From the NCBI GenBank assembly GCA_037447605.1, contig CM074820.1:1240001-1304000 (forward strand): a stretch of DNA of 64,000 nucleotides, given 5' to 3'. How positions within the stretch are numbered: the stretch's first letter is position 1; each line of letters opens with the position of its first letter. The notes below the pieces were generated by a model. The model did no database searches, was not told the origin of the DNA, and was given only the letters and a program-made list of their open reading frames with translations. This DNA is from Zygnema circumcarinatum SAG 698-1b (lineage: Eukaryota; Plantae; Zygnematophyceae). Shown piece by piece: positions 12,843 through 26,289 of the stretch. Position numbers and translations under genes: made by a program.

Positions 12843-14188
12843 ATGGCGGCCGCGATGGTGAACATGGTGTACATCTTCGGGAGGGGAGGCTGCCTCTTCT
12901 ACCGGCAGTGGCACCGGCCAAATGCTGCGCAGACGGATGATCACAAGCTCATGTTCGGCCTTCTTTTCTCGCTCAACTCTTTCGTGCAAAAAATGGATCC
13001 CATCAAGTGAGGACTCCAAGAAAGAAACCCTAATTTCCCTCCTCTGCGTTACCAGGATCCAATTCTAAGATTTTATGGACTCTTAATTTGTTTATGGATA
13101 GATGGTTAATGGCTTGGTAGTGGCTCATATGGCTGCTTTGGGCCTATGTTGTGAGCATTTCGTTATTGGGAGGTTCTGCACGAGCTTAAGTGAGTAAACT
13201 GCAGGGGACTTAAAAAGTGGTTAGGAGAATCATGTCGATGTTCCTGCATTTTAGAAACAAGCGGACACAAGTGCACTATTCGCTGAAGAATATTCTAGCA
13301 TCAACGATAGGTGAATTTGAAGTGTCCCTCTTCTCTGTGTGCTTGGCTTTATCTTCATTTGAGATAGGATTGGATGGGTGAGTGTTGGCGGGCAGTGGCA
13401 ACAATAGTCAGGGATGCTTATTTCACAGCTTTCGAACAAATACGTACAAACTCAGCTATATGGAGACTCCTTCTGGAATTAAGGTGCGCTTCTCAAGTTT
13501 AACATAGCAACCTCATTTGTACTTTATGTTTTGAACGAATTTTCTGTTTGTTTATCCATAGCAGTAAATAGTAAGTGTCGGCGGGGACTGATTTTCCATT
13601 ATTCTATGCCTTAGTTCAGCTTACATCGTCGGATCATGTATGAACAACTTCAGCCAACAGGGCCCTTTGTCGTGTTATGTTCAAGAAGATTTTCTTTAGT
13701 GATCATTGCTGCACCGAGACAACTAGAGATTCCCTTGATTGATCTCAGCATTCACTGCTGTTCTAAGTGGAAGCCTCCACGGAAGCTCCTCAGATGTTTG
13801 GGCTTCCCGGTTGACCTGTGGTGTTACCGGGCTTCTCGTGTGGTTTGACCTCCAGCTTATCCTTGTGTCCGATCCAAAGACCGGGGATTTGAAGGAGGCC
13901 TTGCGGCATATTTACAATCTCTACGTTGAGTATGTAGTGAAGAATCCTCTTTGTACGCCAGGCCAGCCGTTCAGGTATGTGTTTTTTTTTTGTTTTTTTT
14001 TTCAATCTCTTCCTATGCGCTTTACGCAATTAAGTTCCCCAGTAAACATTGTGGTTGAGTTGAGGAATGATGCCAAGTTATTCACACTCACATTTGTTGT
14101 GAAGTTCAATCAATCCTGACTAGACTGTTTTGGCAGGTGTGAGCTGTTCACCAGCGGCCTGGACGCTTATGTAAAGGCGCTTCAGTAG
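12843..14188 (+). CDS. BET5: TRAPP complex subunit TRAPPC1/BET5, 4 exons
   Basis: DHKLMFGLLFSL..F..KMDP, FHSFRTNTYKLSYMETPSGIK, LILVSDPKTGDLKEALRHIYNLYVEYVVKNP and ELFTSGLDAYVKALQ*, matching plant BET5. Confidence 0.95.
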
Positions 14189-15009
14189 GGGGGTATTGTT
14201 TTTTGGTTAGAATGATTGGATTCCTGTAAATAGCCTTAGCCTACTTAAACAAGTTTCCTTTTTACATGTTCAAGGTGAAATTTCTGAATCACATACAGAA
14301 GATCCGCATGCCTTCCTGGTGACTTTAGGTATTCTCGCCATCATGCGAGTTGGAGCACCCACTTCCATTAGCAAAGGATGTGTTATTAAATCACTATTTT
14401 TCTGTGAGGTCTTTGCCAGCTGTCAACCTTCTGATCACATGATCGTGAGCCTGCGATGACAAAAAAATGGATGTGTGTCTTTCTTGCAAATGGTCGAACA
14501 TCTACTGGGATTCGAAAAGAAGATGCTTCAAGAAATGTTATGAATCTGCGTAATATGGTAAACAGTTACAATTCACGAGGTATCAGTTACAACTCCTGAC
14601 ATAGAACCCTCTACGAAAAGCGAAGCTTTTAGGTTGCCACAATTCCCGTAGTAAGTCCCTCTGCATGGCGCCCTTTCCATGGGACCAAGAACTCCCTGAC
14701 ACTAAGAACCCTAACGGCGACATAGAAACCGTGGCGAGTTAACATAAGCCACAGGGAAAGAGCGAGTTCCTCTCCCTTCCAACATCGGTCCTCTCAGTTT
14801 CCATAACTGAGGGGACGGCTACGTGTGCAATGCAGGCACATGTAAAGCCTAGATGCGAGTATGCATCTCATAGACAAAAAAAATCACTCCTTGAGTTGGG
14901 ATTTATTTGGATTCAAGGAAGCGAGGGCCCCCTCCAACAATAAGATACAAGCAGCATTTGACTACGGAAGTCAACATGTTGAGGTCGTGATCATTACTCT
15001 CGCCACTCT

Positions 15010-18000
15010 TCATGGCTTCTGTTCTGTAGTTACTCCAACGGCAACACTGCTAACCTGCATGTGCCACAAAGGAAGCCGGATGCTGTTTTCAATACAGCAG
15101 CAAAGGCTACAAAGGTCACCGCTCCCGCTCTCGCTCTCTTTCTCCCTCCCCCCACCCCCTCCCCCCCCCTCTCTCTCCCTTTCCATTTCCCGGTCCCTCT
15201 CTCGCTCCCCCTCCCCCCCTCCCACTGTTTCTCTTCCTCTCCTTCTCCCCATCTCCCCTTCCCCCCCCCCCCCCGTCCCACTCCCTATCCCCCCCTCTCT
15301 CCACAGTGCATCTCTTCCTATCAACGACCTTCACTTCGCCACTCCACAACAGGTGAAAGGGCAGGAGTAGCTGCAGCTGGCGAGGCGTTCAATAAACAAG
15401 CCGAACCAGAACACGACGATCTTCTCATCGATGCCATGCACGCTGTGCAAGAACTCACCAATTTTCCGCTCTCATCAAGTGTCATGGGATTCTCCACCAC
15501 CACCGTCTGCAGCATGGGACCAAACATGATGTGAAGCCTGAATACGTGGAAAACGTATCTCAACACGGTGGAGCTGGACCTCACATTCTTGGCTGGCAAA
15601 AAGGTCAATATGCGCGTAAGAACAAACCATATAACCAAAAGGGTGAGTAAAGAGATAAACCTGAGATTGAGGTTGAGGTGGAGAATAAGGCGTCCTTGGC
15701 ATTGGCATTGGCATTCTCGTAGCAGCAACCTGAGCCCAAAACAAAAAGTCATTCGAGATCCTCTACGAAAATTAAAAGAGAGAGATCAGGACATCCGAAG
15801 ATTTCGAGAGAAAACTGACGAAGGAAATAGTGAAGGATGCTACAGCATAAATATGGATAAAGCTTGGCTAGTAAAAGCTTTAAAAAGGTGCAATAAGCAA
15901 GCAGATATCTGGATGCATCACATCAAATGATCTGCTGAGTGTAAAGGAAGACCGGAAAGAAAAATAGAATGCTAGCAGATGCCAGGCAGCATCGACTTCT
16001 CGTGGAAATGCAATATCATATTGAAGCCACCTCCCCTTCACAAAAAAGCCTTAAGGGTAGAGAAGTCCTTACTCCAACACTCGTGACAAACTGGCAAACT
16101 GCGCACTTCACCGACTGTGCTCCATACGCGTACATCAGCATCATTCCACAACCTCCGCAATTGATATGGGCGACTTGATTTGCTGCACAGGTCACAGGCA
16201 ATAGCTGGATCTGAGGCTTTATGCAAGGATTCACCCATTAAGCCCCAGTAATGTGTCTCTACTACACAGCCAGTGGTCCTCCTCGTCACCTTTCAATAAC
16301 TACCTCTATGATGATGAAGTTTGTTCGTGACGATCACCCCAAGCCTGCTTCCATGTGCCTCTCAAGACTTACTCAGCTCTTATCCAGATGCTTGCCAGCG
16401 AGGAATCGGCTGCTTCCTCTGCCTTTTTCTACCACACATGCGTTCTCTGCTTTCCCAGAAAGAGTTATGTTTCCTTACGCGCAGCTCGGATGAGCCCTTA
16501 CAACATTGCCTTAGGTTAGCTTTCAAAAAGCTCCCCGAGCTCCCTGAAGTTGTCAGTGGGACAATCGTCCTTAAACTTCTTCAGCCTGAATAAACTCAGG
16601 CTATTCTAAATCCAACATTATTCTCACGATCTACCGACATATGGATCAGAGGAAGAGGCCAAACTAATCTCGCAGGATCAACTCTGCTTTCTCCGATATT
16701 CCTCTCTGAGCTCCAATAAAGCTTTCCTTAAAGACGCACTTCGGAGGCAAGCTTGATTTCAAGCCAACAGGTTCAAACTGCCCTCATGTCATTACATCAT
16801 GCCCAGAACAGCTTTGCCCTGAGCTATGACCCTACCAAACAAACCTGCATGCCTTCTTCCATTCGTATCTTGACCAGCTCGATGTTTTATGAGCATTTTG
16901 ACCCACCTCTGTTTCATGAATTGTTACCCACTGTAGCGGATGTTACACGGACATGTGAACTTCCCTCTTATCGCAAGACCCACACTACGGGTGCCCTTTC
17001 AAGGCAAAGCCAAGCTTCCTCAAGTGCGTGACAAAGCTAGCACCATGTCTACCAAAGTAACAGCTGGTATTTTTGGCCATACGCACTTTCCATGGCGAGA
17101 TTCACCGTATGACAGCAAGAACACTGCACGCTCGATGCTCCTCGGACATACATTAGTAAAGTCCGGCATCCTCCACAGACAAGTTGAGCCATCTCCGTCC
17201 CTGCCACAGAAAAGGAATGAATGTTTGAAGACTGAAAGGAGAGAAAAATCGCAAGCTTCTCTCGCTGGTTACCATCAGTTAAGCGAGCTGCAATAATACA
17301 TACTGCAGGCTGTATTATTCAAATTAAAAGAAGGCCGTGCAAGATGCGTTCCCATGTCAAACGTGAAGCAGAAGTGTATCAACTGCGATGGAAAACATGT
17401 CAGAAGCGACGAACGATGATGAGGATGGGGAGAGAGTCGCCGTCAAATACCTGCAGGAGGAACGGGAGTTATCGCGCTACATACAGCACACCGAACATTT
17501 GTAGCATTGTTTGGATAGACCAAAAGAGTCCTACAGCCGGTGCATACAATCTGCGACTGAGAGGCTGCCAAAGGAAAACAAAGAAAATGCCCTTATGTAG
17601 TCAGCCTTCCTGAGTATCGATGACTCAATAAGTATGATTAGGGAGCAGGGGAGTCGTATGTCCCAGCATATGGCGATGACTTGGCCTGGACAACTAAGCT
17701 GCATCAACTAATTTCACAAAGGTCCTTGTTGAAGACGACATAACCAATGCAGCCGACTGCAGATTATTTCGGCCAGGAATTATCCGTAGACGCGTTACAT
17801 ATGCAACCTATGCTACTCTCCTCTTGCCAAGAAACACGCCGCACAGCTACTTCCTCTGTCCCTCTCATCCCATCCTCCTTCTCCCATCCTGATTCAATTT
17901 TCTGACAAAAGCTGAATCGGACAACGTCCTGTATCCTAGAAGGGCCTATACAGCACCTTGCGGCGCCATGTGCATTGAAGGAGGAGGCGGCTGCTGCGGA

Positions 18001-18233
18001 TATGGCATCATTGGGGAGGGCTGCATCATAGGCTGAGGGGCAGGCGCAATAGGAAAGGGTGTGGAACTGGCGGGAGCAAGCTGAGGCTGAGACCCTGCTC
18101 TCGGAAGGCTCGCAGATGAAGGACCTCCTGAAAAAGACGAGCCGGCTCCTCCGGACGGCGCAGAAGCCGAACCCGCAGACGCCTCCAAGCGATGGTATCC
18201 GCCCCCGGCGGCCCCTGCTCCTGCGGATAGCAT
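15010..18233 (-). CDS. LSD1: LSD1/LOL1-family protein with three C4 zinc fingers, 7 exons
   Basis: Three fingers: [43 protein letters not shown] and [25 protein letters not shown]-terminus [17 protein letters not shown]|[14 protein letters not shown]. Confidence 0.93.
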
Positions 18234-20453
18234 CCTCTTCCTCCCTCCCCCTGTCTCCTCCCTCCCCCTGTCTCCTCCCTCCCTCCCTCCCTCTCTCCCT
18301 CCCTCACCGAGAGGGGAGCCAGGAGGCGACTGTTTGCAAGGGGGAGCTTTCCGCACGTGCGGGGCCGAGAGCGATAGCAGGGCGTTCCTTGGACTGACGG
18401 GGACAGTCCGCAGTTCAGTAAGAACTGGTGATCATGGAAATGAATCTCAAAACCAGTTGCACGCTCTGTAGGGATTACGTGGACCAATGGTAAAGCGGCT
18501 TGGTGGATAAGAACGCTGTTGGGGATCTAGCACGAGCATAAAAACAGTTGCAGGGGCGGCCGTTGGGACCGTACGACCGTACGATTCGTTTATTTTTCAG
18601 GGCAGAAAAGAGGGCAGCCGGAAATTTGAGAAACTAGGGGTGGCGTTCGATTTGGAAGCAGACGTCGGCGAGGGGGACAAATTATGTAATAACATTTCCT
18701 TCAAAATGCAAAAATAATGAGCATTGTTTTTTCTACCCTCGAGGTACGGAGGCAGGCGCCGTCGATTCTCGAAGTGCCAGGGTGGACGACCGCAGCCAAT
18801 AGGAAGTGGGTTTGTGCCACATGGCATCTAGAACCTCGCAAAGCGCCAGTTGGGCCGACCAATGTGAACGGGGACATTGGACAATGAAAAAATGTTGGCG
18901 ACCTTGGCGGCTGCTTCTAGGGCCGTGTTGTTGAGCCTAGGAGTAGATTTCCACCTATGGACTTTGTCCTTAGATCCCTTGTGACCGATTACTTTGGTTC
19001 CCCATGTTGTATCTATCCATGTACCACATTTGGATGGCCTTGCCGTCGTGAGATCAATGCTATTTTCCTCATCCAATATCGTAATACCGAACAGGTTGAG
19101 AAAATGAGAAACGAGTTTACTTAATTTCTCAGTTCCCAATCTCAGTGAATAGGGTTGAACTTTGAACACTCGAATCGAATTTTTTTCGATTTAAGAAAGC
19201 GAAAAGTTTGAAGGAGAAAGGTCAAAGACTGGACACGCTCGGTCGCACGTGTAGATTCCACTTTTTGCCACGTTGGGTCTGTACGATTTGAGAGATCCGG
19301 TTGACCCGGGCCACATTTTTCCGTATGAATCTTCAAGAGAAACCGATCAACAATTTCTGTACGAAAAACCGTGTCCATGCGCTTTGCGATCCGCTAAAAT
19401 CTCATTGTTGATCAGTGGACCCAAGTCAAACTCAAATTGACGAACGATAATTAATTGTCCAATGTTCAATCGGTTCAACATAAAAATTGTATTTAGTAAA
19501 AAAATTGGAAATTCATTTCTCATTTCTTAACATGAATCGTGTTCACAAATATCAGGTTTTCTTTTTTTCAGAAGCCATCCCTTTTTTTTTTCTCAACCGT
19601 TGCACGGTTTGTGGAACCGAAACGTGAAATTCCCAGGGCTCGACTTGCGCGTGCTAATGTGACGCCACGCGAATCTCAGACGATTATGGCGTGCTGCGTG
19701 GCTGCCTCTGATTGGTGTCGGAATCTTACCAAATATCTGATTCGTATCTTTTAGGATCTGAACACGAAGCAATGAGTGCGCCAGCGCGTTCAACGAATCC
19801 GATTTCCGGCCAATAAGCTCCCGAGTCCTGATTTAGCTGCAATCTTAGATCTGCTCCATGTCATCCGGCATACGTCCCACGTGGCAGCAGCACCAATCCC
19901 CTTTGGTTTCGCAGCCACAAGTTCGTATCCAAATCTCAATCCAACGGTCCGGCCCGGCCCGGCCCGGCCGTGCTGGTTCCAGCGTGTCGCCTGCCACGTC
20001 CAAGGACGATCAGATTATGTCCTCTGAATGGCTGTCGAAAGATTGTGGGTATGCGTTGAGGGCTCTGCGGTGCGCCTCCATCCGACTCCGCCGAAAACGA
20101 CAGATATGGCCGCCCTTGGACCATCGCACCGACCATCGGGTGGTCGGTGATGGCTCCTGATTGATTGGAGTGACGTCACTGACGCTCCGCCGTCGCACTA
20201 CCTGCCAGCCAAATATCGCGATACATTATATCCCTAATCGTATCGAAATATCCAGTTTATATGACGTCACTATACGTCACCAAGTTAGTCACCAGGCGTA
20301 GGATGACGTCCGCGTCCATACGGACGGAGCGAGGCGGGGCGGGTCTTGGTGGCGGGGCCTGCGCACGTGCGAGCTCCGCCGCTGGGAGGCCCCTTCACTC
20401 CATGTCCGGTGGGCCGCTTCCCTCCCTCCCCCCTCCCTCCTCCNNNNNNNNNN

Positions 20454-20503
<50 letters not shown>

Positions 20504-20673
20504 TCTCTTGCACACCAGGCTCTGCCTTAAGGGAAGGGGAGAGCGTGGCAGGGCGTTTGCCGTGCTCGAGTCAACTTTGCTCATCCGCTGACGAGCTCGC
20601 TGTCTCTCTCTTTCGTTCAACCTTTGCTCATGCATTGCATGCAGGCAGTTCAGAACTATCGCATGGAGCCGCC

Positions 20674-23600
20674 ATGGCTGATTCCAGAAGGCGCAGAGGG
20701 TTCGTGGCGGAGCTGCTGCAGCAGTGTGGGACGGGCGGCGTGGCGATCATGGCCTCCACAGCATGCACGCATCCCATCGGTGCGCATTCTGCAGCCCTCT
20801 TCCATTTGCAGCATCGCGTCAAGCCCCCTGAAAGCAATTGAAAATCGGTTTGAACTTTTTCTTCCGATTGTAGGTGAAGTATGGTCTTACGACTGCTAGC
20901 AGAGACCAATAGAGGTGTTCTGCAATTTATCTTTTCTTGTCTCGCATTTCAAATTAGGCTTAAAAATTTCATTTTTTTTTTCTACATGAAGGAAATGATG
21001 AAATGTCTTGCTGAAGTGAGTGCCCTTTAGGGAGGATGAAGAGAGCTTGAAAACTTCATCGGTCGAATTTTCAATTATGAGAGTCACCTCAAAATCATTC
21101 AGCTTCTTCATAAGTTTTGTCAAAACCATGCCATTATCAAATGCATTCATTCCAAATTGAGTTCGTCATTGCTGCACGATTGCATGGTCTGCATCATGAT
21201 ATAGAGGTTTGCAAGTATTTTTTCTTGAAATTAGAATGGAATCCATTCATGACTATTGACATGAACCCTACTTACTTTCGGATAAATGAATCTATGAGCT
21301 TAGTGCTTAGTACGCTCGAAGTGCATAGGCGAAGAGAGGAGGAGAGATAACTGATCCTTCCCAATGTGAGGGGATTATTTGAGCTTTCCTACCCTTTTTT
21401 TATGCACGGGGACCCGCAACGCTGAGAATTGTTACGGAAACGGACTTGGGAAAACATACGAAGTTTATGTTTTTTGAAGCTTGACTGGAATCATGCTGTG
21501 TTCGCCATACATTATGATCCATCCCAGAATGACAGACGAAATTGCTTTACAAGACACGTAAACGGAAAGGTCTACAGCCTGTGGCAAAATGTTGAATGGT
21601 CGATGAGCCAAACAGTTTGGGTCATCCCTATGTACGTGATTTCGTTGCCATTCTGATGTGGGAGATGAAGTGGTGGCAGTATTGCCATTGAGCTTGTAGT
21701 CGAGATCTTTGGAGAAGCAGAATGGCTCACTGCGGAATCATGGCCTCCTCTTTTGAGCTTTACTTGGTCATTTCCTTGACATTCTCACTGAAAATATGAC
21801 CGGTGCGCTCTATTGCAAGGAGCAGATGTGGTGAAGTTGCGGCAGCAGTTGGAGAATGTTGGCCAGAGGACACCAAACACCAACATGGTGAGCGCAACTC
21901 CTTCTCTTCATGAATAGGAGGGGCACCCTTCCCGCACTCTCTCCCTGGATGATACAGAAAAGGATAAGAAAGAGCGTCTGAAAGCAGAGAGAGCGCATTC
22001 AAGGAAGAGGGGGGCAAGCGTGAGAGAGGGTTCAGAGTGTGCAAGAAGTTCCCCTGAAGCTATCGTCTTTAGTTGTTCAAAATAAATAAAACACAGGAAT
22101 TAGGCTTAAAACTCTCCCGCCCCTCCCCGCCCCTCCTCCCTCCTCCCGATCCACCCTCTCTCTCCCACTCCCCCTCCCTCTACCCCCCTACCCCCGCCCC
22201 CTACGCCATGTCCCCTACACCCTCCCCCCTACACCCCTCCTCCCTCCCCACTCCCCCCTCCATCGCCCTCCCCATCCCCATCCGTTTCCCTCCCTGTGAA
22301 CGTCCCCCACCCTCTCCCCTCCCCCCTCGCCTTTTCTTCTCCCTCCCTGTGAACCCCCCCCCGCCCCTCCCCCCCTCCCCTCATCCCCTTTCCCCCCCCA
22401 CCTCTTTCTGTGAATGCATGCAGATGCGCACAGGAATGTTGATGGTAGAGAGAGAGGGCGTATCTTCATTGTATAGCGGCCTCTCTCCCGCACTCCTCCG
22501 TGCTTTGACCTATGGCGGCCTCCGTTTGGGCCTCTACCAGCCCTGCAAAGCGCTCTTTGTCACCTCTGACCAGACCCCCCCTGGCCTGTGCGCTAAGCTC
22601 GCTGCGGGCGCACTGGCGGGGTCTACAGCCACAGCTTGCACCAGTCCCATTGAGCTTATCAAGGTTCGAACGTGAGACCTTTGCATAGGGAGAATTCCAC
22701 ATTTACGATAGGGAATTTCTATTCAAAACTGTCGATGGGTTGTCAACGCTGAGAGGTGCAGGTGCGCTTGCAAGCTCAAAACGCGAGTCAGCGATCTACT
22801 CCATTTGCAGTATTGCGTTCCATTGTGAGAGAGGAGGGGGTGGTAGCACTATGGAAAGGAGTTGGGGCCGCCATGGGTCGTGCAGCTGCTCTGACAGCGG
22901 CACAGTGTACGGCATATGATGAGAGCAAACAGGTGAGGGAAGGGGGGAGTACAGGGAAAGAGTTGTTGGCACTTGTAATCGGAGCTCATTGAAAGAATCG
23001 TTGGTTCAGCAGTTTGAGAATAGGAAGGGCCTGTGTTTATGCCAGGGATGACTTTCTGGACGCAGTTCCGTGTGATGGCAAGCCGAGTTAGATTAAGCCA
23101 TTCGCTGATGTTGTGACTGAAATAGTTTTTGCTTGTATGTGGGTAGTGTCCTTCTGTTTCTCGAGCTATTCCACTGGTGGTGGGTTTGGCAGCGATGTGA
23201 AAGAGGCAGGATTTGTTTTCTCTTACGTTAGGAATATCGTGTGAAATTGTCTCAATTTTGGTGCTGGAGAGCCGTAAGTGCGGAAGTGGTGGACAGAGTG
23301 AGAGCTTACTCTATGCAGTTGTTGCGAACAGATGCTGTTAAGGCGCGCAAAGTTGTCAGAGGGTTTATTGCTGCATCTAAGGTCAGCAATCCTGAACCAC
23401 TTTCCTGCCAGCAGCTCCCTCCCTCCTCCCTCCCTCCCCCTCTCCCTCCCCCCTCCCTCCCTCTCTCTTCCCCCCCCCCCCCGTCCCCCTTCTCCCATTC
23501 CCCCTTCCCTCCCTCCGTTGTGCGCTAGAATTTGGGAAGGACTGTAACTGGAAGCTCCCATTTAAAATTGCTTACAAATTCTGCTTGCTTCAGGCCCATT

Positions 23601-24518
23601 ACCTGCCTACCTCAACCTTCTGTCTCTTTAAGGGCTTGTAAAGCGAATTTGCATCGCAATTCGGTAAGCTCATGATAGTACTTTTGGTGTCTGATTAAAC
23701 CTGACGGTCTATGTGCAGTGCGAGCATGATCACAGGTGTCGTTGCAACGGCGGCGTCTGCACCATTTGACTTAGTCAAATCTCGAATGATGGCGCAGAGA
23801 GGGCAGGGAAATGCTCCTCGACTGTACCGCAATACACTCGATTGCGTGTACAAGGTGCGTCGGATCCCTGCCCTCCAGCTGCTCTAGGAAACCCTAAAAA
23901 ACGCTGAAAGTCTGCCGTCCAAAGCTTCTGTGTAAACATGGGCATTGGGCCATTGGGGGTATCAAAGGTTGAACCATGCATTGGTAGAGACATCCTCTCT
24001 CCCTCCTGCTTGGCGTTACCATTTGGCATCTTATCCATCCCATCACATCTCATGCATCCCATCCATCCTTCCGTCCATCCCATCCATCCCAGGGAGGACT
24101 TAGGTTATGTCCTGGGCAAATTTTGGGAGCTGGTGGTGGGGCAGATAGTCTGTGCGGAAGGAGTGAGGGGCCTCTATAAAGGGTGCGTATGTGCTTGCTC
24201 TTTGTCTTCATTTCCATCCTCTTGGTAGTTATTATCAACTGTTTCCCTACAAAAAGTTTTAATGCTCGACAACCTGAAAGGTGAAGAAAATTCTACGTAA
24301 AAACCATCGACAGCAATTTCTGAGCTTGTTTATTTCGTTAAGGGAAAGGTAAGGTTTGTGTGACATTAAGGAGCCTCTGTGATCCTGACTCGTCTTTGTG
24401 TTTGTTTGGTGACATAATCAGCTGGGCGGCAATGTATGCCCGTCTGGGCCCCCAGACAGCCATCACGTTCGTGGTCTATGAGAAAGTGCGGACTCTGGTG
24501 GGCATGTCAAGGCTGTGA
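20674..24518 (+). CDS. Mitochondrial substrate carrier, UcpB-like, about 8 exons
   Basis: Three carrier repeats with PxD/ExxK/R motifs (THPIDVVKLR, TSPIELIKVR, SAPFDLVKSR), plus YGGLRLGLY, ALWKGVGAAMGRAAALTA and ARLGPQTAITF. Confidence 0.92.
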
Positions 24519-26289
24519 GTTTCAGTTCGTATTGCGGTTGAGATTCGGATTCAATTTGGTTCGTTGGCTCTATCGGAAGCTACCATAAGCAGGAGCTCCT
24601 TGACATTGCCGTGGGAAAAGCCGGTTAGAGTTGAGGGAAGTAGATTTTGAACGATTTTTGGTAATCCTACAATTATATTGTTGTGCATTATTCTTTTAGA
24701 GGTCTTGGCCCTCCCAAAGGAGAAAGTCCAGACACTGCTATTTGATCTCTTTTTCCTTTTTTTTAAAGTGAGTGTATGCTTTCATTGTTTAGTCGCAGTA
24801 CATTGCTCAATCTTAGTTTTAAATCATACTATGCCTTGTATCGATGAGTTTTGAATGCCCTTGTTGGAAGGGGGTGGCTTGGGTACCTCCTCATGGCTTC
24901 TAGCGGTGATGAAGCTTTCATGTTGCACGGTGCATGTGTCCAAGGACGTATGTGAGCGCTGCATGAGTGGAGGAAACGTGTACATAAATCATGGAAAATG
25001 AAGGCCGACTTTACAGTGCAACTGGGATTCCCATGTTCATTGACTGGACGAGGGATTTTTTTCACCCTTCGAAAAGAGATAACAATAAAGGGGGACATTG
25101 ATGCCTTTGATGATATTTGATAAGCTCCTGTCCAACTGATCACGTATGGGAAAAGGTTGAGGTTGAGGTTTTGCTATTAAAAATTCATGCAGTGCAGTGA
25201 GAGTGGATGCACAGCAACTATCGGTCAAGGGGGAGGTAGAAGGGGGGGGGGGGGGGGGGGGGNNNNNNNNNNCCCCCCCCCCCCCCCCCCCCCCCCCCCC
25301 CGTTGCTTTCTCCACTATCTCACGGCGGATAGTAAAGGCCCATTGCAAAAAGCTGTGCGCACCATCATCATCATCATCGTCGTCACGAGGTAAGACACGT
25401 GGCAACAGACCCAGGCCTTTCACTGACCTAAGGTCCACGGATTACGACCAGTGTTGACTATCGAAAGCTACATGTAAGAAATGAGAAAAAAGAGAAAAAA
25501 GCGAAAGTCCTCAGAAATTCAGGACCACGTGCCACCTGAGCCCTTCAGTCGGGTAAGAGTTGCCGCCGCTCTCACCAGGAAGGAAGACCACTTCATTATT
25601 CGTCGGTACACCAGCCCCCGTAGAGCATCTGGTTCTGTGTTCCTCAAACTCTAACAGAACTAAGCCGTACACGTAGTGACCCTGCATGGCTCTGCTACTG
25701 CTCTGCTGGCCCGGCAGCGGCATCCGCCCCCGTAAGCAATGGAAAGAGGGCCTCACTAGTCGCCATGGCCACTACACAAATGCCGACTGTGTACAAGGGG
25801 AGGGGGAAGGGAAACCTGCAGGGCGCTAGGGTGACAGCAATGTGCCCGCAGGACCTATACACATGTGTGCTTGAGATGGATCTCACACACGCCATTCTCA
25901 GTCACAGAGGGAGGGTGAGATGGCGGAGCAGAACTGAGTGTAATACCACGTAGCAGCATATCTAAGAGCTCCCCGACTGCGTCAAATTGAGATGCCGGAG
26001 AGCAGCAGCAAGCGGCTTTACAAACAGACGAGGGCGATGATGACAATATTGACCGTAAAAAAAACCATTTTTTTCCAATTGAACCATCAGGATTTTGGTG
26101 ATATCTTCCTGCATTGGCTCAACGGGTAAAAAGAGTATCAGATTGCACCAACTCATCAGTCTTAGAACCTCTATGGAAGTCAGCCGATAGGGCGCAAAAC
26201 TCAGACTAACATGAATATGCACGACACAGTCTGAATAGACTCCTCTCACTCCATAACCCCCCTCTCCCCAGATAGATGAGTCAATCAAG

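Noticed and set aside
11935-12874. ORFs with MPCHA/AMPC repeats and Ile/Asp-rich ORFs
   Set aside because: They are products of the GCCAT satellite and the CGATAT repeat.
14787-14816. 12-bp stem-loop (gtcctctcagtt...aactgaggggac) as a possible ncRNA
   Set aside because: It is a single short hairpin without snoRNA, snRNA or tRNA boxes and is compatible with chance.
15061-15370. Pro-rich and Gly/Glu/Arg-rich ORFs (also about 22073-22493, 23223-23561, 31660-32045, 43468-43783)
   Set aside because: They are translations of polypurine/polypyrimidine tracts in introns or upstream regions of the genes called above.
18828-19560. Possible transposase fragment (WIDTTWGT) and AT-rich transposon-like DNA
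   Set aside because: No DDE motif set, TIRs or TSDs could be supported by eye.
25242-25300. Poly-G / N10 / poly-C inverted homopolymer that looks like a hairpin
   Set aside because: It is centred on an assembly gap, so the arrangement cannot be trusted.
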